Shown: positions 1 to 13,900, counted from the stretch's first letter. The stretch: DNA of 64,000 bases from Macrostomum lignano (GCA_002269645.1 NIVC01000475.1:124001-188000); one strand, 5' to 3'. The notes: generated by a model not told the origin, from the sequence alone. A program made the numbers and translations.

Positions 1-25
1 TTTATGATCTTTTCAATTCACATAG

Positions 26-786
26 CTTGTCAGAATCTGCCCTCAGCTGTCCCTAAGGATATTGTCAGAATCTGCCCTCAGCTGTCCCTGAGAATCTTGT
101 CAGAATCTGCCTTCAGCTGTCCCTGAGAATCTTGTCAGAATCTGCCCTCAGCTGTCGGTGAGAATCTTGTCAGAATCTGCCCTCAGCTGTCCCTGAGAAT
201 CTTGTCAGAATCTGCCCTCAGCTGTCGGTGAGAATCTTGTCAGAATCTGCCCTCAGCTGTCCCTGAGAATCTTGTCAGAATCTGCCCTCAGCTGTCGGTG
301 AGAATCTTGTCAGAATCTGTCCTCAGCTGTCGGTGAGAATCTTGTCAGAATCTGCCCTCAGCTGTCGGTGAGAATCTTGTCAGAATCTGCCCTCAGCTGT
401 CGTTGAGAATCTTGTCAGAATCTGCCCTCAGCTGTCGGTGAGAATCTTGTCAGAATCTGCCCTCAGCTGTCCCTGAGAATCTTGTCAGAATCTGCCCTCA
501 GCTGTCGGTGAGAATCTTGTCAGAATCTGCCCTCAGCTGTCGGTGAGAATCTTGTCAGAATCTGCCCTTAGCTGTCGGTGAGAATCTTGTCAGAATCTGC
601 CCTCAGCTGTCGGAGAGAATCTTGTCAGAATCTGCCCTCAGCTGTCGGTGAGAATCTTGTCAGAATCTGCCCTCAGCTGTCGGAGAGAATCTTGTCAGAA
701 TCTGCCCTCAGCTGTCGGTGAGAATCTTGTCAGAATCTGCCCTCAGCTGTCGGTGAGAATCTTGTCAGAATCTGCCCTCAGCTGTG
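26..786. repeat. 35-bp minisatellite (GAGAATCTTGTCAGAATCTGCCCTCAGCTGTCGGT), ~21 copies, aralar intron
   Basis: Period measured directly (CGGTG at 541 and 576). Confidence 0.95.
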
Positions 787-828
787 CCTCAAGAATCGCA
801 TTAAGAATCGCCCTCCCATGCCTTACAG

Positions 829-3800
829 TTCGCCAGCGTGCACAAGAACGGCTCCCTGTACATGACCTATCCGGACTTCGTACAGAAGTTTCTCGGCCTC
901 TACTGTTTCGAGAATGCCAATGAGGACACCGTCAAACAGCTAGGCACCATCGCAGACTACGACAAAGACGGCTTAATCAGCTTCGAAGAGTTCGAAACAT
1001 TCGAAGGCTTGCTTTCCTTGCCCGATCACGCATACAGAATTGCATTCGATCTGTTCGATGTTAACGGCAATGGATACGTCTCTTTCTGTTAGTGTTTTGT
1101 TTGAGATTTGCATTCTTGCTGTTCGCCCCTTCCTCAGCTTGCTGTCCGCCTCTTTCTCAGGTTGCTGTCTGCCCCTTCCTCAGGTTGCTGTCTGCCCCTA
1201 CCTCAGGTTGCTGTCCGCCCCTACCTCAGGTTGCTGTCCGCCCCTACCTCAGGTTGCTGTCTGCCTCTTCCTCAGGTTGCTGTCTGCCCCTTCCTCAGGT
1301 CGCTGTCCGCCCCTTCCTCAGGTTGCTGTCTGCCCCTTCCTCAGGTTGCTGTCCGTCCCTTCCTCAGGCTGCTGTCTGCCTCTTCCTCAGGTTGCTGTCT
1401 GCCCCTTCCTCAGGTCGCTGTCCGCCCCTTCCTCAGGTTGCTGTCCGCCCCTTCCTCAGGTTGCTGTCCGCCTCTTCCTCAGGTTGCTGTCTGCCTCTTC
1501 CTCAGGTTGCTGTCCGCCCTTACCTTAGATTGTCCCCTCTCTCCAGGTTACTTCCTGCTTTAACTAAAAATACTTGTAAGAAGTACATAAAACACATTTT
1601 TAACAAAAATGCTTTCAGCCGAATTCAAATCGGTCATCACGGTCACCACGCTGCATCGGCAATATCCGTTTAATTTCGATTGCGATTTTATTGATTTGCA
1701 CTTTGGAAAAGCTCGCGATCAGATTGTCAGTTATGAGGAGTTCACCCAGCTCATCCACGTGAGTATTTCTTATCGAGGCTATGTATATTTATAAAGTTAC
1801 AACAATATCCTTTTACATTAGACTTAATGGACACACAACGCGTACACTATCCAGGACTTTCACGAAGAGCACGCTTTGCAAGCTTTTCAACGCAGCGACA
1901 AACGCAACGAGGGCAAAATTCGCGCTATGGACTTTATCAACATTATGGTGCAGCTGAAATCCAACCTGCTGACTCCGTTCTTGCGCGACCATCTCATGCA
2001 GGTGAATTGAGATATCTGGGGTTTGTTGCGATTTCTTAGTAACTTTTCTCCATCTTTCATCACTACATAATTCCATTAAACTCCCCAATGTACACTCCCC
2101 CTATCCACCCTAATGTACACTCCCCCTATCCACCCTAATGTACACTCCTCATATCCACCCCAGTGTACATTCCCTCCTATCCGCCCCAATGTACATTCCC
2201 TCCTATCCACCCCAATTTACACTCCCCCTATCCACCCAATGTACACTCCCCCTATCCACCCTAATGTACACTCCTCATATCCACCCCAATGTACATTCCC
2301 TCCTATCCGCCCCAATGTACATTCCCTCTTATCCACCCCAATTTACACTCCCCCTATCCACCTCAATGTACACATCCCCTATCCACCCAATGTACACACC
2401 CCTATCCACCCCAATGTACATTCCCTCCTATCCACCCCAATTTACACTCCCCCTATCCACCTCAATGTACACATCCCCTATCCACCCCAATGTACACACC
2501 CCTATCCACCCCAATGTACATTCCCTCCTATCCACCCCAATTTACACTCCCCCTATCCACCTCAATGTACACATCCCCTATCCACCCCAATGTACACACC
2601 CCTATCCACCCCAATGTACATTCCCTCCTATCCACCCCAATGTACACTTCCCTATCCACCTCAATGTACACACCCCTATCCACCCAAATGTACATTCCCT
2701 CCTATTCGCCCCAATGTACACTTCCCTATCCACCCTAATAACCCTCCTCATATTTACCCCAATGTACATTCCCTCCTATCCACCCCAATGTACATTCCCT
2801 CCTATCCACCCAATTTACACTCCCCCTATCCACCCCAATGTACACTCCCCCTATCCACTCCAATGTACATTCCCTCCTATCCACCCCAATGTACACTCCC
2901 CCTATCTACCTCAATGTTCACCCCTGTCTACCCAAACGTACACTCCCCACGCACTCCAGAATACACTCGGTCTCACAAAAACCCATGTACACCCATCCAA
3001 CTACACCCAAGTCCTCACCCACCCCACAATCGTTTTAGGTGGTGTTCGGCGCTGAGCACGGCAGCCACATCAGCTTCTCCTATTTCAATGCGTTCATCTC
3101 GCTGCTCAACAACATGGAGCTATTGAAGAAGCTCATCCAAGCCCGCACTGGCAACGATGTACACGCCCCGGTCACTCGCGAGGAGCTCACCAACGATGCC
3201 ATGAGCTACAATCAGCTCACTCCGCTGGAGGTGGACATCCTGTTCCAACTCGCCAAGTTTCTTCGCGAAGACGACTGCATCTCCTACTACGACGTGAAGC
3301 GGATGGCGCCATTCGATGAGTACACCAGCAAGTACGCCCCGGACACCGCCGCCCGCCGGGTGCAGGACGCTGTGGAGACCCGGGCTGAGGGCCGCGGCCG
3401 GACATTCCTGCTGTCCATACTGGAGCAGGTGTACCGCTTCTCGCTGGGCGCCATCGCGGGCGCCATCGGAGCCACGGCCGTGTATCCCATCGATCTGGTG
3501 AAGACCCGGATGCAAAACCAGCGCACCTCCACGGTTGGCGAGGTGCTGTACCGCAACTCCTGGGACTGCTTCAAGAAGGTCATCCGCTTCGAGGGCGTGT
3601 TCGGACTCTACCGAGGTGAGTGATGGGAGATCCTCCCTCATGGAGATCCTCAGTTGCTGGGCCAGCCTCCCAGATCCTCAGTTGCTGAGCCAGCCTCCCA
3701 GATCTTCAGTTGCTGGGCCAGCCTCCCAGATCCCCAGTTGCTGGGCCAGCCTCCCAGATCCCCAGTTGCTGGGCCAGCCTCACAGATCCTCAGTTGCTGA

Positions 3801-6800
3801 GCCAGCCTCCCAGAGTGTCAGTTGCTGGGCCAGCCTCTCATATTCCCAGTTGCTGGGCCATGCAGCCTCCCAGATCCCCAGTTACTGGGCCAGCCTCCCA
3901 GATCCCCAGTTGCTGGGCCAGCCTCCCAGATCCCCAGTAGCTGGGCCAGCCTCCCAGATCCCCAGTTGCTGGGCCAGCCTCCCAGATCCCCAGTAGCTGG
4001 GCCAGTCTCAGCTAACCATAGATCTTTAATTAAATATGTAATCTTCCTATATTTATCTACTAATTTTTGTGTGCTCGTGTTTCAGTTCCCAAATAATTTG
4101 CATGGTCTGTCCATCCTACTAACAGCAGTAGCCTTCACCGCTTCTCATCAAAACCCTTTTTTGCCCCCCCAGGCCTGGTGCCTCAGCTGGTAGGCGTGGC
4201 GCCTGAGAAGGCCATCAAGCTGACCATGAACGACTTGGTCAAGGATCAGTTCCGCGACAAGAAGACCGGCTTCATACCCCTGTGGGCGGAGATTCTTGCT
4301 GGCGGCTGCGCCGGCGGCTCCCAGGTGATTTTCACCAACCCGCTCGAGATTGTGAAGATCCGGCTGCAGGTGGCGGGCGAGATCGCCACCGCACAGAGGG
4401 TCTCCGCGCTGCATGTGAGTTTCTGGCGTGGGCGGGTGAATTTGATTGACAGGTTGAGATGACTGGTCTCAGTTCGTGAATAGAAACTCCTAGGAAGGTT
4501 GCTCTACGTTATAGAAGATTCTTGGAGGAGTCATACACAGTCATAAGAGGAGTCATGCACAGACACAAAAGGAGTCATACACCGGCATAAGATGAGTCAT
4601 GCACAGGGCATAAGATGAGTCATGCACAGGGCATAAGATGAGTCATGCACAGGGCATAAGATGAGTCATGCACAGGGCATAAGATGAGTCATGCACAGGG
4701 CATAAGATGAGTCATGCACAGGGCATAAGATGAGTCATGCACAGGGCATAAGATGAGTCATGCACAGGGCATAAGATGAGCCATGCACAGGGCATAAGAT
4801 GAGTCATGCGCAGTCATAAAGGGACTCATTAACGGCCATAGAGAAGAAGGCTGATAAACAGGTGAGATATTAATAAACAAATGAATTATAATACCCGCTC
4901 TCCCCCAGGTGATTCGCGACCTCGGCTTCTTTGGCTTGTACAAAGGCGCCAAGGCTTGCTTCCTGCGCGACATACCATTCTCGGCGATCTACTTCACCGC
5001 CTACAATCATCTGAAGATGCGATTCGCCGATAGCGAAGGCTACAATAATCCCGGCTCCCTGCTGCTTGCCGCCACTCTGTCTGGCGCCCCAGCCGCCGGT
5101 CTGACAACGCCTGCGGATGTGATTAAGACTAGGCTGCAGGTGAGTAGCACTAGACTTTACACCCGGCGGCGGGTTACAGTTATTTGATCTGTTTATTGTA
5201 GGATTCAGGTATCTCCCTAATTATCTAATTAATCATTTACTTATTTTCTACCTGGTCTCCCTAATTATCCACCCTGTTTCCTTAAATTACGTTGTCTTCC
5301 TAGTTATCTACCTTGTCTCCCTAATTATCTACCCCTTTCTCCCTAGTTATCTACCTTGTCTCCCTAATTATCTACCCTGTCTCCCAAATTATGTACCCTT
5401 ATCTCCCTAGTTATCTACCTTGTCTCCCTAATTATCTACCTTGTCTCCCTAGTTATCTACCTTGTCTCCCTAGTTATCTACCCTGTCTCCCTAATTATCT
5501 ACCTTGTCTCCCTAGTTATCTACCTTGTCTCCCTAATTATCTACCCTGTCTCCCTAATTATCTACTTTGTCTCCCTAGTGATCTACCCTGTCTCCCTAAT
5601 TATCTACCCTTATCTCCCCAATTATCTACCCTGCCACCTAATTATCTACCCCGTCATCTGATTATCTACTCAGTCTCCCTAATTATCTACCCTGTCTCCC
5701 TAATTATCTACCCTTGTCTCCCTAATTATCTACGCTGTCTCCCTAATTATCTACCCTGTCTCCCTAATTATCTACCCTTGTCTCCCTAATTATCTACCCT
5801 GTCTCCCTAATTAATTGTTCTATCTGTCTAATTGTCTACCCTCTTGTAATGGTCCAATAGCAGCCTTTCATCCACGAGTGCATATATTGTTACAACTGCA
5901 TCTCCCCCGGCAGGTGGTGGCCCGATCTGGCCAGACTACTTACACCGGCGTGTTCGACGCATTCGGCAAGATCCTTCGCGAGGAGGGACCCCGGGCCTTC
6001 TGGAAAGGCTCCATGGCCAGAGTGTTCCGTTCGAGTCCGCAGTTCGGCGTCACCCTCCTCACCTACGAGATGCTGCAACGGGCTTTCTATATTGACTTTG
6101 GCGGCAGGTGGGTCATTATCTTGCAGCCTCTGAATGCCCCAGACTCATCCTCTATAATTCCCTAAACCGCCTAACCCGAATAAAGTAAAGATGGTAGGAC
6201 GAAAGTGCAATTAGTGAATGGCCATAGACAATTTAAACAGTTGGTTGCAAACGGAACAAAAGTACGAGTACTTTAAGTGTCTAGAAAGGAATTTGTAAAG
6301 GAATTAGATACGACATTTCTCAACCAGTTTCCTATCTGATAAAACTCCTCTCCCAAGCTTTCTAAAACTTCCCCAACCAGTCTCCTAAAATTCCCCAAAC
6401 CAGTCTCCTAAAATTCCCCAAACCAGTCTCCTAAAATTCCCCAAACCAGTCTCCTAAAATTCCCCAAACCAGTCTCCTAAAACTTCCCCAACCAGTTTCC
6501 TAAAACTTCCCCAACCAGTTTCCTAAAACTTCCCCAACCAGTTTCCTAAAACTTCCCCAACCAGTCTCCTAAAATTTCCCAACCTGTTTTCCAAAATTTC
6601 CTCAACCAGTCTCCTAAAATTCCCCGAACCAGTCTCCTAAAATTCCCCAACCAGTCTCCTAAAATTTCCCAACCTGTTTTCCAAAATTTCCTCAACCAGT
6701 CTCCTAAAATTCCCCGAACCAGTCTCCTAAAATTCCCCAACCAGTCTCCTAAAATTTCCCAACCTGTTTTCCAAAATTTCCTCAACCAGTCTCCTAAAAT

Positions 6801-7222
6801 TCCCCGAACCAGTTTCCTAAAACTTCCCCAACCAGTCTCCTAAAACTTCCCCAACCAGTCTCCTAAAACTTCCCCAACCAGTTTCCTAAAATCCCCCAAC
6901 CTGTTTTCCAAAACTTCCCTGACCATTAAAATTCCCCGAAACAATTCTCTAAAAATTCATATGAAACTTCCTTAAATTCATTTGAACCGCTGCCTAAAAT
7001 TCCCCTACAAGTTTCCCACAAGAGGCTAACCTGCTCCCAATTTCACTCCGCAGCAAGCCATCTGGCTCGAACATTCTCAAGCGACCCGAGGAGGCCATGC
7101 CAACCAACCCGGATCACATTGGCGGTTACAAAATTGCCACCCTGTCGTTCGATGAATTGGAGTCGCGATTCGGCCTGTGCCTGCCCAAGTACAAGATTGC
7201 CGCCGGGTCTGGCAGCGGCTGA
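829..7222 (+). CDS. SLC25A12: Calcium-binding mitochondrial aspartate/glutamate carrier (aralar/citrin family), 5'-partial, 8 exons in window
   Basis: Exons 829-1087, 1619-1758, 1855-2001, 3039-3615, 4173-4414, 4909-5139, 5914-6107, 7054-7222 (TGA 7220-7222); all GT-AG with matching phases. EF-hands ([22 protein letters not shown]), three carrier signatures ([33 protein letters not shown]) and aralar C-tail NPDHIGGY...RFGLCLPK. First exon(s) lie upstream of the window. An invertebrate gene is likely co-orthologous to SLC25A12 and SLC25A13. Confidence 0.96.
1124..1525. repeat. 23-bp minisatellite (CCTCAGGTTGCTGTCCGCCCCTT), ~17 copies, aralar intron
   Basis: CCTCAGG at 1201 and 1224. Confidence 0.95.
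2088..2950. repeat. 24-26 bp minisatellite (TACACTCCCCCTATCCACCCCAATG), aralar intron
   Basis: CCTATCCACC at 2401, 2427, 2452. Confidence 0.95.
3645..4007. repeat. 28-bp minisatellite (CAGATCCTCAGTTGCTGGGCCAGCCTCC), aralar intron
   Basis: Tandem units seen directly; same family as 31925-33056. Confidence 0.95.
4548..4812. repeat. 23-bp minisatellite (GCACAGGGCATAAGATGAGTCAT), ~11 copies, aralar intron
   Basis: Near-perfect tandem units. Confidence 0.95.
5212..5840. repeat. 21-bp minisatellite (TCCCTAATTATCTACCCTGTC), aralar intron
   Basis: Tandem units seen directly. Confidence 0.93.
6345..6940. repeat. 22-23 bp minisatellite (CCAAACCAGTCTCCTAAAATTCC) with a ~90-bp higher-order block, aralar intron
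   Basis: CAGTCTCC at 6378, 6401, 6424; 90-bp block repeated ~3x at 6560-6820. Confidence 0.93.
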
Positions 7223-7479
7223 GTGAACTGATGAGCGACTTTACTGCCGAGAGCTGCACGTCTGTCATATTTGACCTTTATTATGCAGATCGCCTTTTAA
7301 AATGGAATTTTATAATACTAATCTATATGTAGTAATACTAAAGAATGTGTATTAGTTTCAGACTTTGATAAGAGTGTGAATTATCATTTATCCGTAGTTT
7401 AGTACGAGTATCTGTAGTTAAATATTAGGCTTCAAAAATAATTCCTCCTTCCAAAAACTGGGGAATTCCCTCTTAAAAA

Positions 7480-7706
7480 TTATACCCTATTGGCAGGGAA
7501 AGGGAATTTCTTTTTGTCGCAGAATACCCCTATCGCTAGGGAATTCCGTTCTGTCGGAGAATAACCCTATCGCTAGGGAATTCCGTTCTGTCGGAGAATA
7601 CCCCATCGCTTGGGAATTCCGTTCTTTCGGAGAATACCCAATCAGGGAATTCCGTTCTGTCGGAGAATACCCCATCGTTAGGGAATTCCCTTCTGTCGGA
7701 GAATAC
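7480..7706. repeat. ~36-bp repeat (GGGAATTCCGTTCTGTCGGAGAATACCCCATCGCTA), ~6 copies, downstream of aralar stop
   Basis: Tandem units seen directly. Confidence 0.9.
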
Positions 7707-8331
7707 CCCATCCCTAGGGAATTCCATTGTTAATGGCTTTTATATGGCTTCTAAATAGTGGCTTCTATATTCCTATTGGAATCTATGCAAACCTTTTTAT
7801 AGTAGGGCTTGGAGCGCTTCTGTTTGCAATCATACATAAGATTGATTAATCATATTTTCTTTACATAAACATTTTGGCTAATGTATTTTAAACAATTTCT
7901 CGCTCAATGACCAGACCAGACAGAAGTCAGATCATTATAGTATTGGTAGAATATTTCATTCAAAGTGTGGCCTCCGAACTGCTCCTGCCTTATCATTGGT
8001 TTGCTAGTTGCTAGAACACTCTTAGCACATGCACTCAATTTAGGAACTTTAAATATTACTATAATTACTACTTGTTAGTAGACATTTCATTTGGACGCAG
8101 AACCAACTTCATAACTTGTGGCATGTTAGTCTGCAACAATTCGTTTTCTTATTTTTTCTGCTGCTTCTCCTGCCTGCCTGTCCTTATGGTAGGATTAGCA
8201 AAATAGAAATCTAAAAAAACAGACCTTGTCCCCCATTTTTTGTGTTTATTGCCACTTTTTGATTTTAAAAATGCGCTTTGCCTGCACTGCTTTTGTTAAT
8301 GGTAGATTGGTAGTTTGATAAACTGAGGACA

Positions 8332-9250
8332 TTGTCTCATTTTGCGTAAATTGAGGTGCCATTTTGAATTCAATTAGGGGGCCATTTTGCGTAAATTGAA
8401 GTGCCATTTTGAATTCAATTAGGGTGTCATTTTGCGTAAATTGAGGTACCATTTTGAATTCAATTAGGGTGTCATTTTGCGTAAATTGAGGTGCCATTTT
8501 GAATTCAATTAGGGTGTCATTTTGCGTAAATTGAGTTGCCATTTGAATTCAATTAGCGTGCCATTTTGCGTAAATTGAGGTGCCATTTGAATTCAATTAG
8601 GGGGCCATTTTGCGTAAATTGAGTTGCCATTTGAATTCAATTAGGGTGCCATTTTGCGTAAATTGAGTTGCCATTTGAATTCAATTAGGGTGCCATTTTG
8701 CGTAAATTGAGTTGCCATTTGAATTCAATTAGGGTGCCATTTTGCGTAAATTGAGTTGCCATTTGAATTCAATTAGCGTGCCATTTTGCGTAAATTGAGT
8801 TGCCATTTGAATTCAATTAGGGTGCCATTTTGCGTAAATTGAGTTGCCATTTGAATTCAATTAGCGTGCCATTTTGCGTAAATTGAGTTGCCATTTGAAT
8901 TCAATTAGGGTGCCATTTTGCGTAAATTGAGTTGCCATTTGAATTCAATTAGGGTGTCATTTTGCGTAAATTGAGGTGCCATTTGAATTCAATTAGGGTG
9001 CCATTTTGCGTAAATTGAGTTGCCATTTGAATTCAATTAGGGTGCCATTTTGCGTAAATTGAGTTGCCATTTGAATTCAATTAGGGTGCCATTTTGCGTA
9101 AATTGAGTTGCCATTTGAATTCAATTAGGGTGTCATTTTGCGTAAATTGAGGTGCCATTTGAATTCAATTAGGGTGCCATTTTGCGTAAATTGAGGTGCC
9201 ATTTGAATTCAATTAGGGTGCCATTTTGCGTAAATTGAGGTGCCATTTTG
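8332..9250. repeat. 44-45 bp minisatellite (dimer of ~22-mers; TTTTGCGTAAATTGAGTTGCCATTTGAATTCAATTAGGGTGCCA), ~20 copies, between aralar and NNT
   Basis: TTAGGG at 8641 and 8685. Confidence 0.95.
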
Positions 9251-9914
9251 AATATGAAATTTTGAATACAATATTCTTCACTGAACCATCATTACAGCAG
9301 TAGCAGCAACGCTTAGAATAATGCACTACTCATTTTTCGAATTTTTGTTTTCTAGTATAAATAGAAATAGATAAAGAAAGAGTCTAGAATTATTTATAAT
9401 TTGGTAAAAAAGTTGTAGTAACACATACTTTCGTGCTTGAGTATGTAATTTTGCTGACGCGTATAGGATACGGTTGTCATGGAAGCGTTTAGGCGCAAAG
9501 ATCCTCGACAATTGGTTCAATTATTATTAGAATATTTTTGCCTAGGGTGCTGTCCCAGTTTGTAGTAACATTGGCTTGCTATATGCGTTCACCAAGTTCT
9601 TTTTTTGAGTTTTGTGTGCCCGTGCGAGTTACGGTACTTTTCTTTAGTTTACAGCAGCTGGTGCAGCGCCGCATTCAGTGCACTGACTAGCTTCTAAAAG
9701 TACTGAGGCACAACTTCTATATTAGTGGTAATTTTTTCTGCTAAGACAAGCAAGCACCTTTAGTTTTTTGCCGAAAAATATATAAATCTTTACCATATAC
9801 ACTTAGCAGGTTTTCTCTATTAATACAGTCCAACATCTGAACTGAAGTTTTGGCGTGCGTGTTCATTGTTCGTTTTAATTATCATGCAGGTCATTGATTA
9901 TAGAGTTCTCAGGC

Positions 9915-10792
9915 TCTGTCCCGTCTCTCTGCCCCTCTATTTCTCTGTCCCTCTACCCCTGCCTCTCTATCCCTCTGTCCCTCTACCCCTCCCCTTCTAT
10001 CCCTCTGTCCCTCTACCCCCTGCCCTTCTATCCCTCTATCCCTCTACCCCTGCCCCTCTACCCCTCCCCTTCTGTCCCTCTGTCCCTCCCCTTCTATCCC
10101 TCTGTCCCTCTACCCCCTCCTCTATCCCTCTGTCCCTCTACCCCCTGCCCTTCTATCCCTCTGTCCCTCTACCCCCTGCCCTTCTATCCCTCTGTCCCTC
10201 TACCCCCTCCTCTATCTCTCTGTCCCTCTACCCCCTCCTCTATCTCTCTGTCCCTCTACCCCCTGCCCTTCTATCCCTCTGTCCCTCTACCCCCTGCCCT
10301 TCTATCCCTCTGTCCCTCTACCCCTCCCCTTCTATCCCTCTGTCCCTCTACCCCTCCTCCTCTATCCCTCTGTCCCTCTACCCCCTGCCCTTCTATCCCT
10401 CTGTCCCTCTACCCCCTGCCCCTCTATCCCTCTGTCCCTCTACCCCCTGCCCTTCCATCCCTCTGTCCCTCTACCCCTCCCCTTCTATCCCTCTGTCCCT
10501 CTACCCCCTGCCCTTCTATCCCTCTGTCTCTCTACCCCTCCCCCTCTATCCCTCTGTCTCTTCTACCCCTGCCCCTCTACCCCTCTGTCCCTCTACCCCT
10601 GCCCCTCTATCCCTCTGTCCCTTCTACCCCTGCCCCTCTATCCCTCTGTCCCTCTACCCCTGCCCCTCTATCCCTCTGTCCCTTCTACCCCTGCCCCTCT
10701 ATCCCTCTGTCCCTCTACCCCTCCCCCTCTATCCCTCTGTCCCTTCTACCCCTGCCCCTCTATCCCTCTGTCCCTCTACCCCTGCCCCTCTA
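9915..10792. repeat. 28-29 bp pyrimidine-rich minisatellite (CCCTCTGTCCCTCTACCCCCTGCCCTTCTAT), probably in an NNT 5'UTR intron
   Basis: Tandem units; an acceptor CCTGCAG (10921-10927) lies 17 nt before the NNT ATG. Confidence 0.9.
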
Positions 10793-10944
10793 TCTTAGCC
10801 TATTCATCCCCTTTTGTTAGGTCTTTCTATTAGAAAAGCCCCTCCCAATTCTAACCTATTTAGCTCATTAATTGCAATCTCGATGTCCATCTTTACCATT
10901 ATAAATGGCAAACGGCACAACCTGCAGGTCAGTGGCCAGCAGCA

Positions 10945-13900
10945 ATGTTGTCTCTACTCAAACCCGACGCCGCTGTTCGAGCCAGCGCGCTCACCTTTCG
11001 CCTGCTGACAACGTCTGCGCCTTTGCATCGGCCGCCCGCCGCCGCTGCCGACGCCGCTCCGCAGGCAGCCGCCGAGCCGGTCCGCGGTATCGCCTACAGC
11101 CAGCTGACCATCGGCGTGCCCAAGGAGTCCTGGCAGAATGAGCGCCGGGTGGCGCTGAGCCCCGCCGCTGTCCAGGTGGGGAGTTGCCGCAGGTTTTATT
11201 AGCTCTGCGTTGATCTGCGATATTCTTCTATGCAGTTTTCTAGGAATCACCCGTGAATATTGTGCTGTTTTAATAATCACCTTTTATGGGTGTAAGAACA
11301 CCTGCCCTAATGGCCAGATGTGCAACCGACAGCTCAGCCGCAGCTATTGCGCGGCGCATCTGAAGGCTGCTTACGGCTGTTCAGTCCATGCAAACATAGA
11401 CACACACACCCTCAATTACCCTATCTAATGCTGGAACCCATTTTACAGCTGGGTGAACTAAAGTAATGCAGAGTTAAGTGTCTTGCTCAAGGACACAAAT
11501 TGTTCGAGTTGGTTAATAATCTTGATAATTGTTCTTCAATAACATTCAACAGTGTATTAAGAACCGGTCTTTAAAGGCTTGCTGAGAACCAGCCTTCAAA
11601 ACTTCATTAAGAGCCGGCCTTCAAAAGTTTATTGATAACCGGCCTTCAAAACTTCATTAGGAACTGGCCTTTAGAAGTTTATTGAGAACCGGCCTTCAAA
11701 AGCTTATTGAGAACCGGCCCTCAAACTCCATTAAGAACCGGCCATCAAAACTCCATTAAGAACCTGCCATAAAAACTCCATTAAGAACCGGCCATAAAAA
11801 CTCCATTAAGAACCTGCCTTCAAAACTTCATAAAAAACCGGCCTTCAAAACTCCATTAAGAACCTGCCATAAAAACTCCATTAAGAACCGGCCTTCAAAA
11901 CTCCATTAAGAACCTGCCATAAAAACTCCATTAAGAACCGGCCTTCAAAACTCCATTAAGAACCTGCCATAAAAACTCCATTAAGAACCTGCCATAAAAA
12001 CTCCATTAAGAACCGGCCTTCAAAACTTCATAAAAAACGGCCTTCAAAACTCCATTAAGAACCTGCCATAAAAACTTCATTAAGAACCGGCCTTCAAAAC
12101 TTCATAAAAAACCGGCCTTCAAAACTCCATTAAGAACCGGCCTTCAAAACTTCATAAAAAACCGGCCTTCAAAACTCCATTAAGAACCGGCCTTCAAAAC
12201 TCCATAAAAAACCGGCCTTCAAAACTCCATTAAGAACCTGCCATAAAAACTCCATTAAGAACCGGCCTTCAAAACTCCATTAAGAACCGGCCATAAAAAC
12301 TCCATTAAGAACCTGCCATAAAAACTCCATTAAGAACCGGCCTTCAAAACTCCATTAAGAACCGGCCTTCAAAACTTCATAAAAAACCGGCCTTCAAAAC
12401 TCCATAAAAAACCGGCCTTCAAAACTCCATTAAGAACCTGCCATAAAAACTTCATTAAGAACCGGCCTTCAAAACTCCATTAAGAACCGGCCATAAAAAC
12501 TCCATTAAGAACCGGCCTTCAAAACTCCATTAAGAACCTGCCATAAAAACTCCATAAAAAACCGGCCTTCAAAACTCCATTAAGAACCTGCCATAAAAAC
12601 TCTATTAAGAACCGGCCTTCAAAACTCCATTAAGAACCGGCCATCAAAACTCCATTAAGAACCTGCCATAAAAACTCCATTAAGAACCGGCCATAAAAAC
12701 TCCATTAAGAACCTGCCATAAAAACTCCATTAAGAACCGGCCTTCAAAACTTCATTAAGAACCGGCCTTCAAAACTCCATTAAGAACCGGCCTTCAAAAC
12801 TTCATAAAAAACCGGCCTTCAAAACTTCATTAAGAACCGGCCTTCAAAACTCCATTAAGAACCGGCCTTCAAAACTCCATTAAGAACCGGCCTTCAAAAC
12901 TTCATAAAAAACCGGCCTTCAAAACTCCATTAAGAACCGGCCTTCAAAACTCCATTAAGAACCGGCCTTCAAAACTTCATTAAGAACCGGCCTTCAAAAC
13001 TTCATTAAGAACCGGCAATCAAAACTCCATTAAGAACCGGCCATCAAAACTCCATTAAGAACCGGCCTTCAAAACTCCATTAAGAACCTGCCATAAAAAC
13101 TCCATTAAGAACCGGCCTTCAAAACTTCATAAAAAACCGGCCATCAAAAATTCATTAAGAACCGGCCTTCAAAACTCCATTAAGAACCGGCCTTCAAAAC
13201 TCCATTAAGAACCGGCCTTCAAAACTTCATAAAAAACCGGCCTTCAAAACTCCATTAAGAACCGGCCTTCAAAACTCCATTAAGAACCGGCCTTCAAAAC
13301 TTCATTAAGAACCGGCCTTCAAAACTTCATTAAGAACCGGCCTTCAAAACTTCATTAAGAACCGGCAATCAAAACTCCATTAAGAACCGGCCATCAAAAC
13401 TCCATTAAGAACCGGCCTTCAAAACTCCATTAAGAACCTGCCATAAAAACTCCATTAAGAACCGGCCTTCAAAACTTCATAAAAAACCGGCCATCAAAAC
13501 TTCATTAAGAACCGGCCTTCAAAACTCCATTAAGAACCGGCCTTCAAAACTTCATTAAGAACCGGCCTTCAAAACTTCATTAAGAACCGGCCTTCAAAAC
13601 TTCATTAAGAACCGGCCTTCAAAACTCCATTAAGAACCGGCCTTCAAAACTTCATTAAGAACCGGCCTTCAAAACTTCATTAAGAACCGGCCTTCAAAAC
13701 TTCATTAAGAACCGGCAATCAAAACTCCATTAAGAACCGGCCATCAAAACTCCATTAAGAACCGGCCTTCAAAACTTCATAAAAAACCGGCCTTCAAAAC
13801 TCCATAAAAAACCGGCCTTCAAAACTCCATTAAGAACCTGCCATAAAAACTCCATTAAGAACCGGCCATCAAAACTCCATTAAGAACCGGCCATAAAAAC

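Noticed and set aside
2113-3126. Pro/Tyr-rich extensin-like ORFs (also 9866-10820, 18122-18742, 20995-22065)
   Set aside because: All are frames through intronic or UTR arrays lying between phase-matched exons.
7461-7706. GGGAATTCCC NF-kB-like sites
   Set aside because: Only two perfect copies (7461, 7681); the rest are GGGAATTCCG parts of a 36-bp repeat, with no independent evidence of function.
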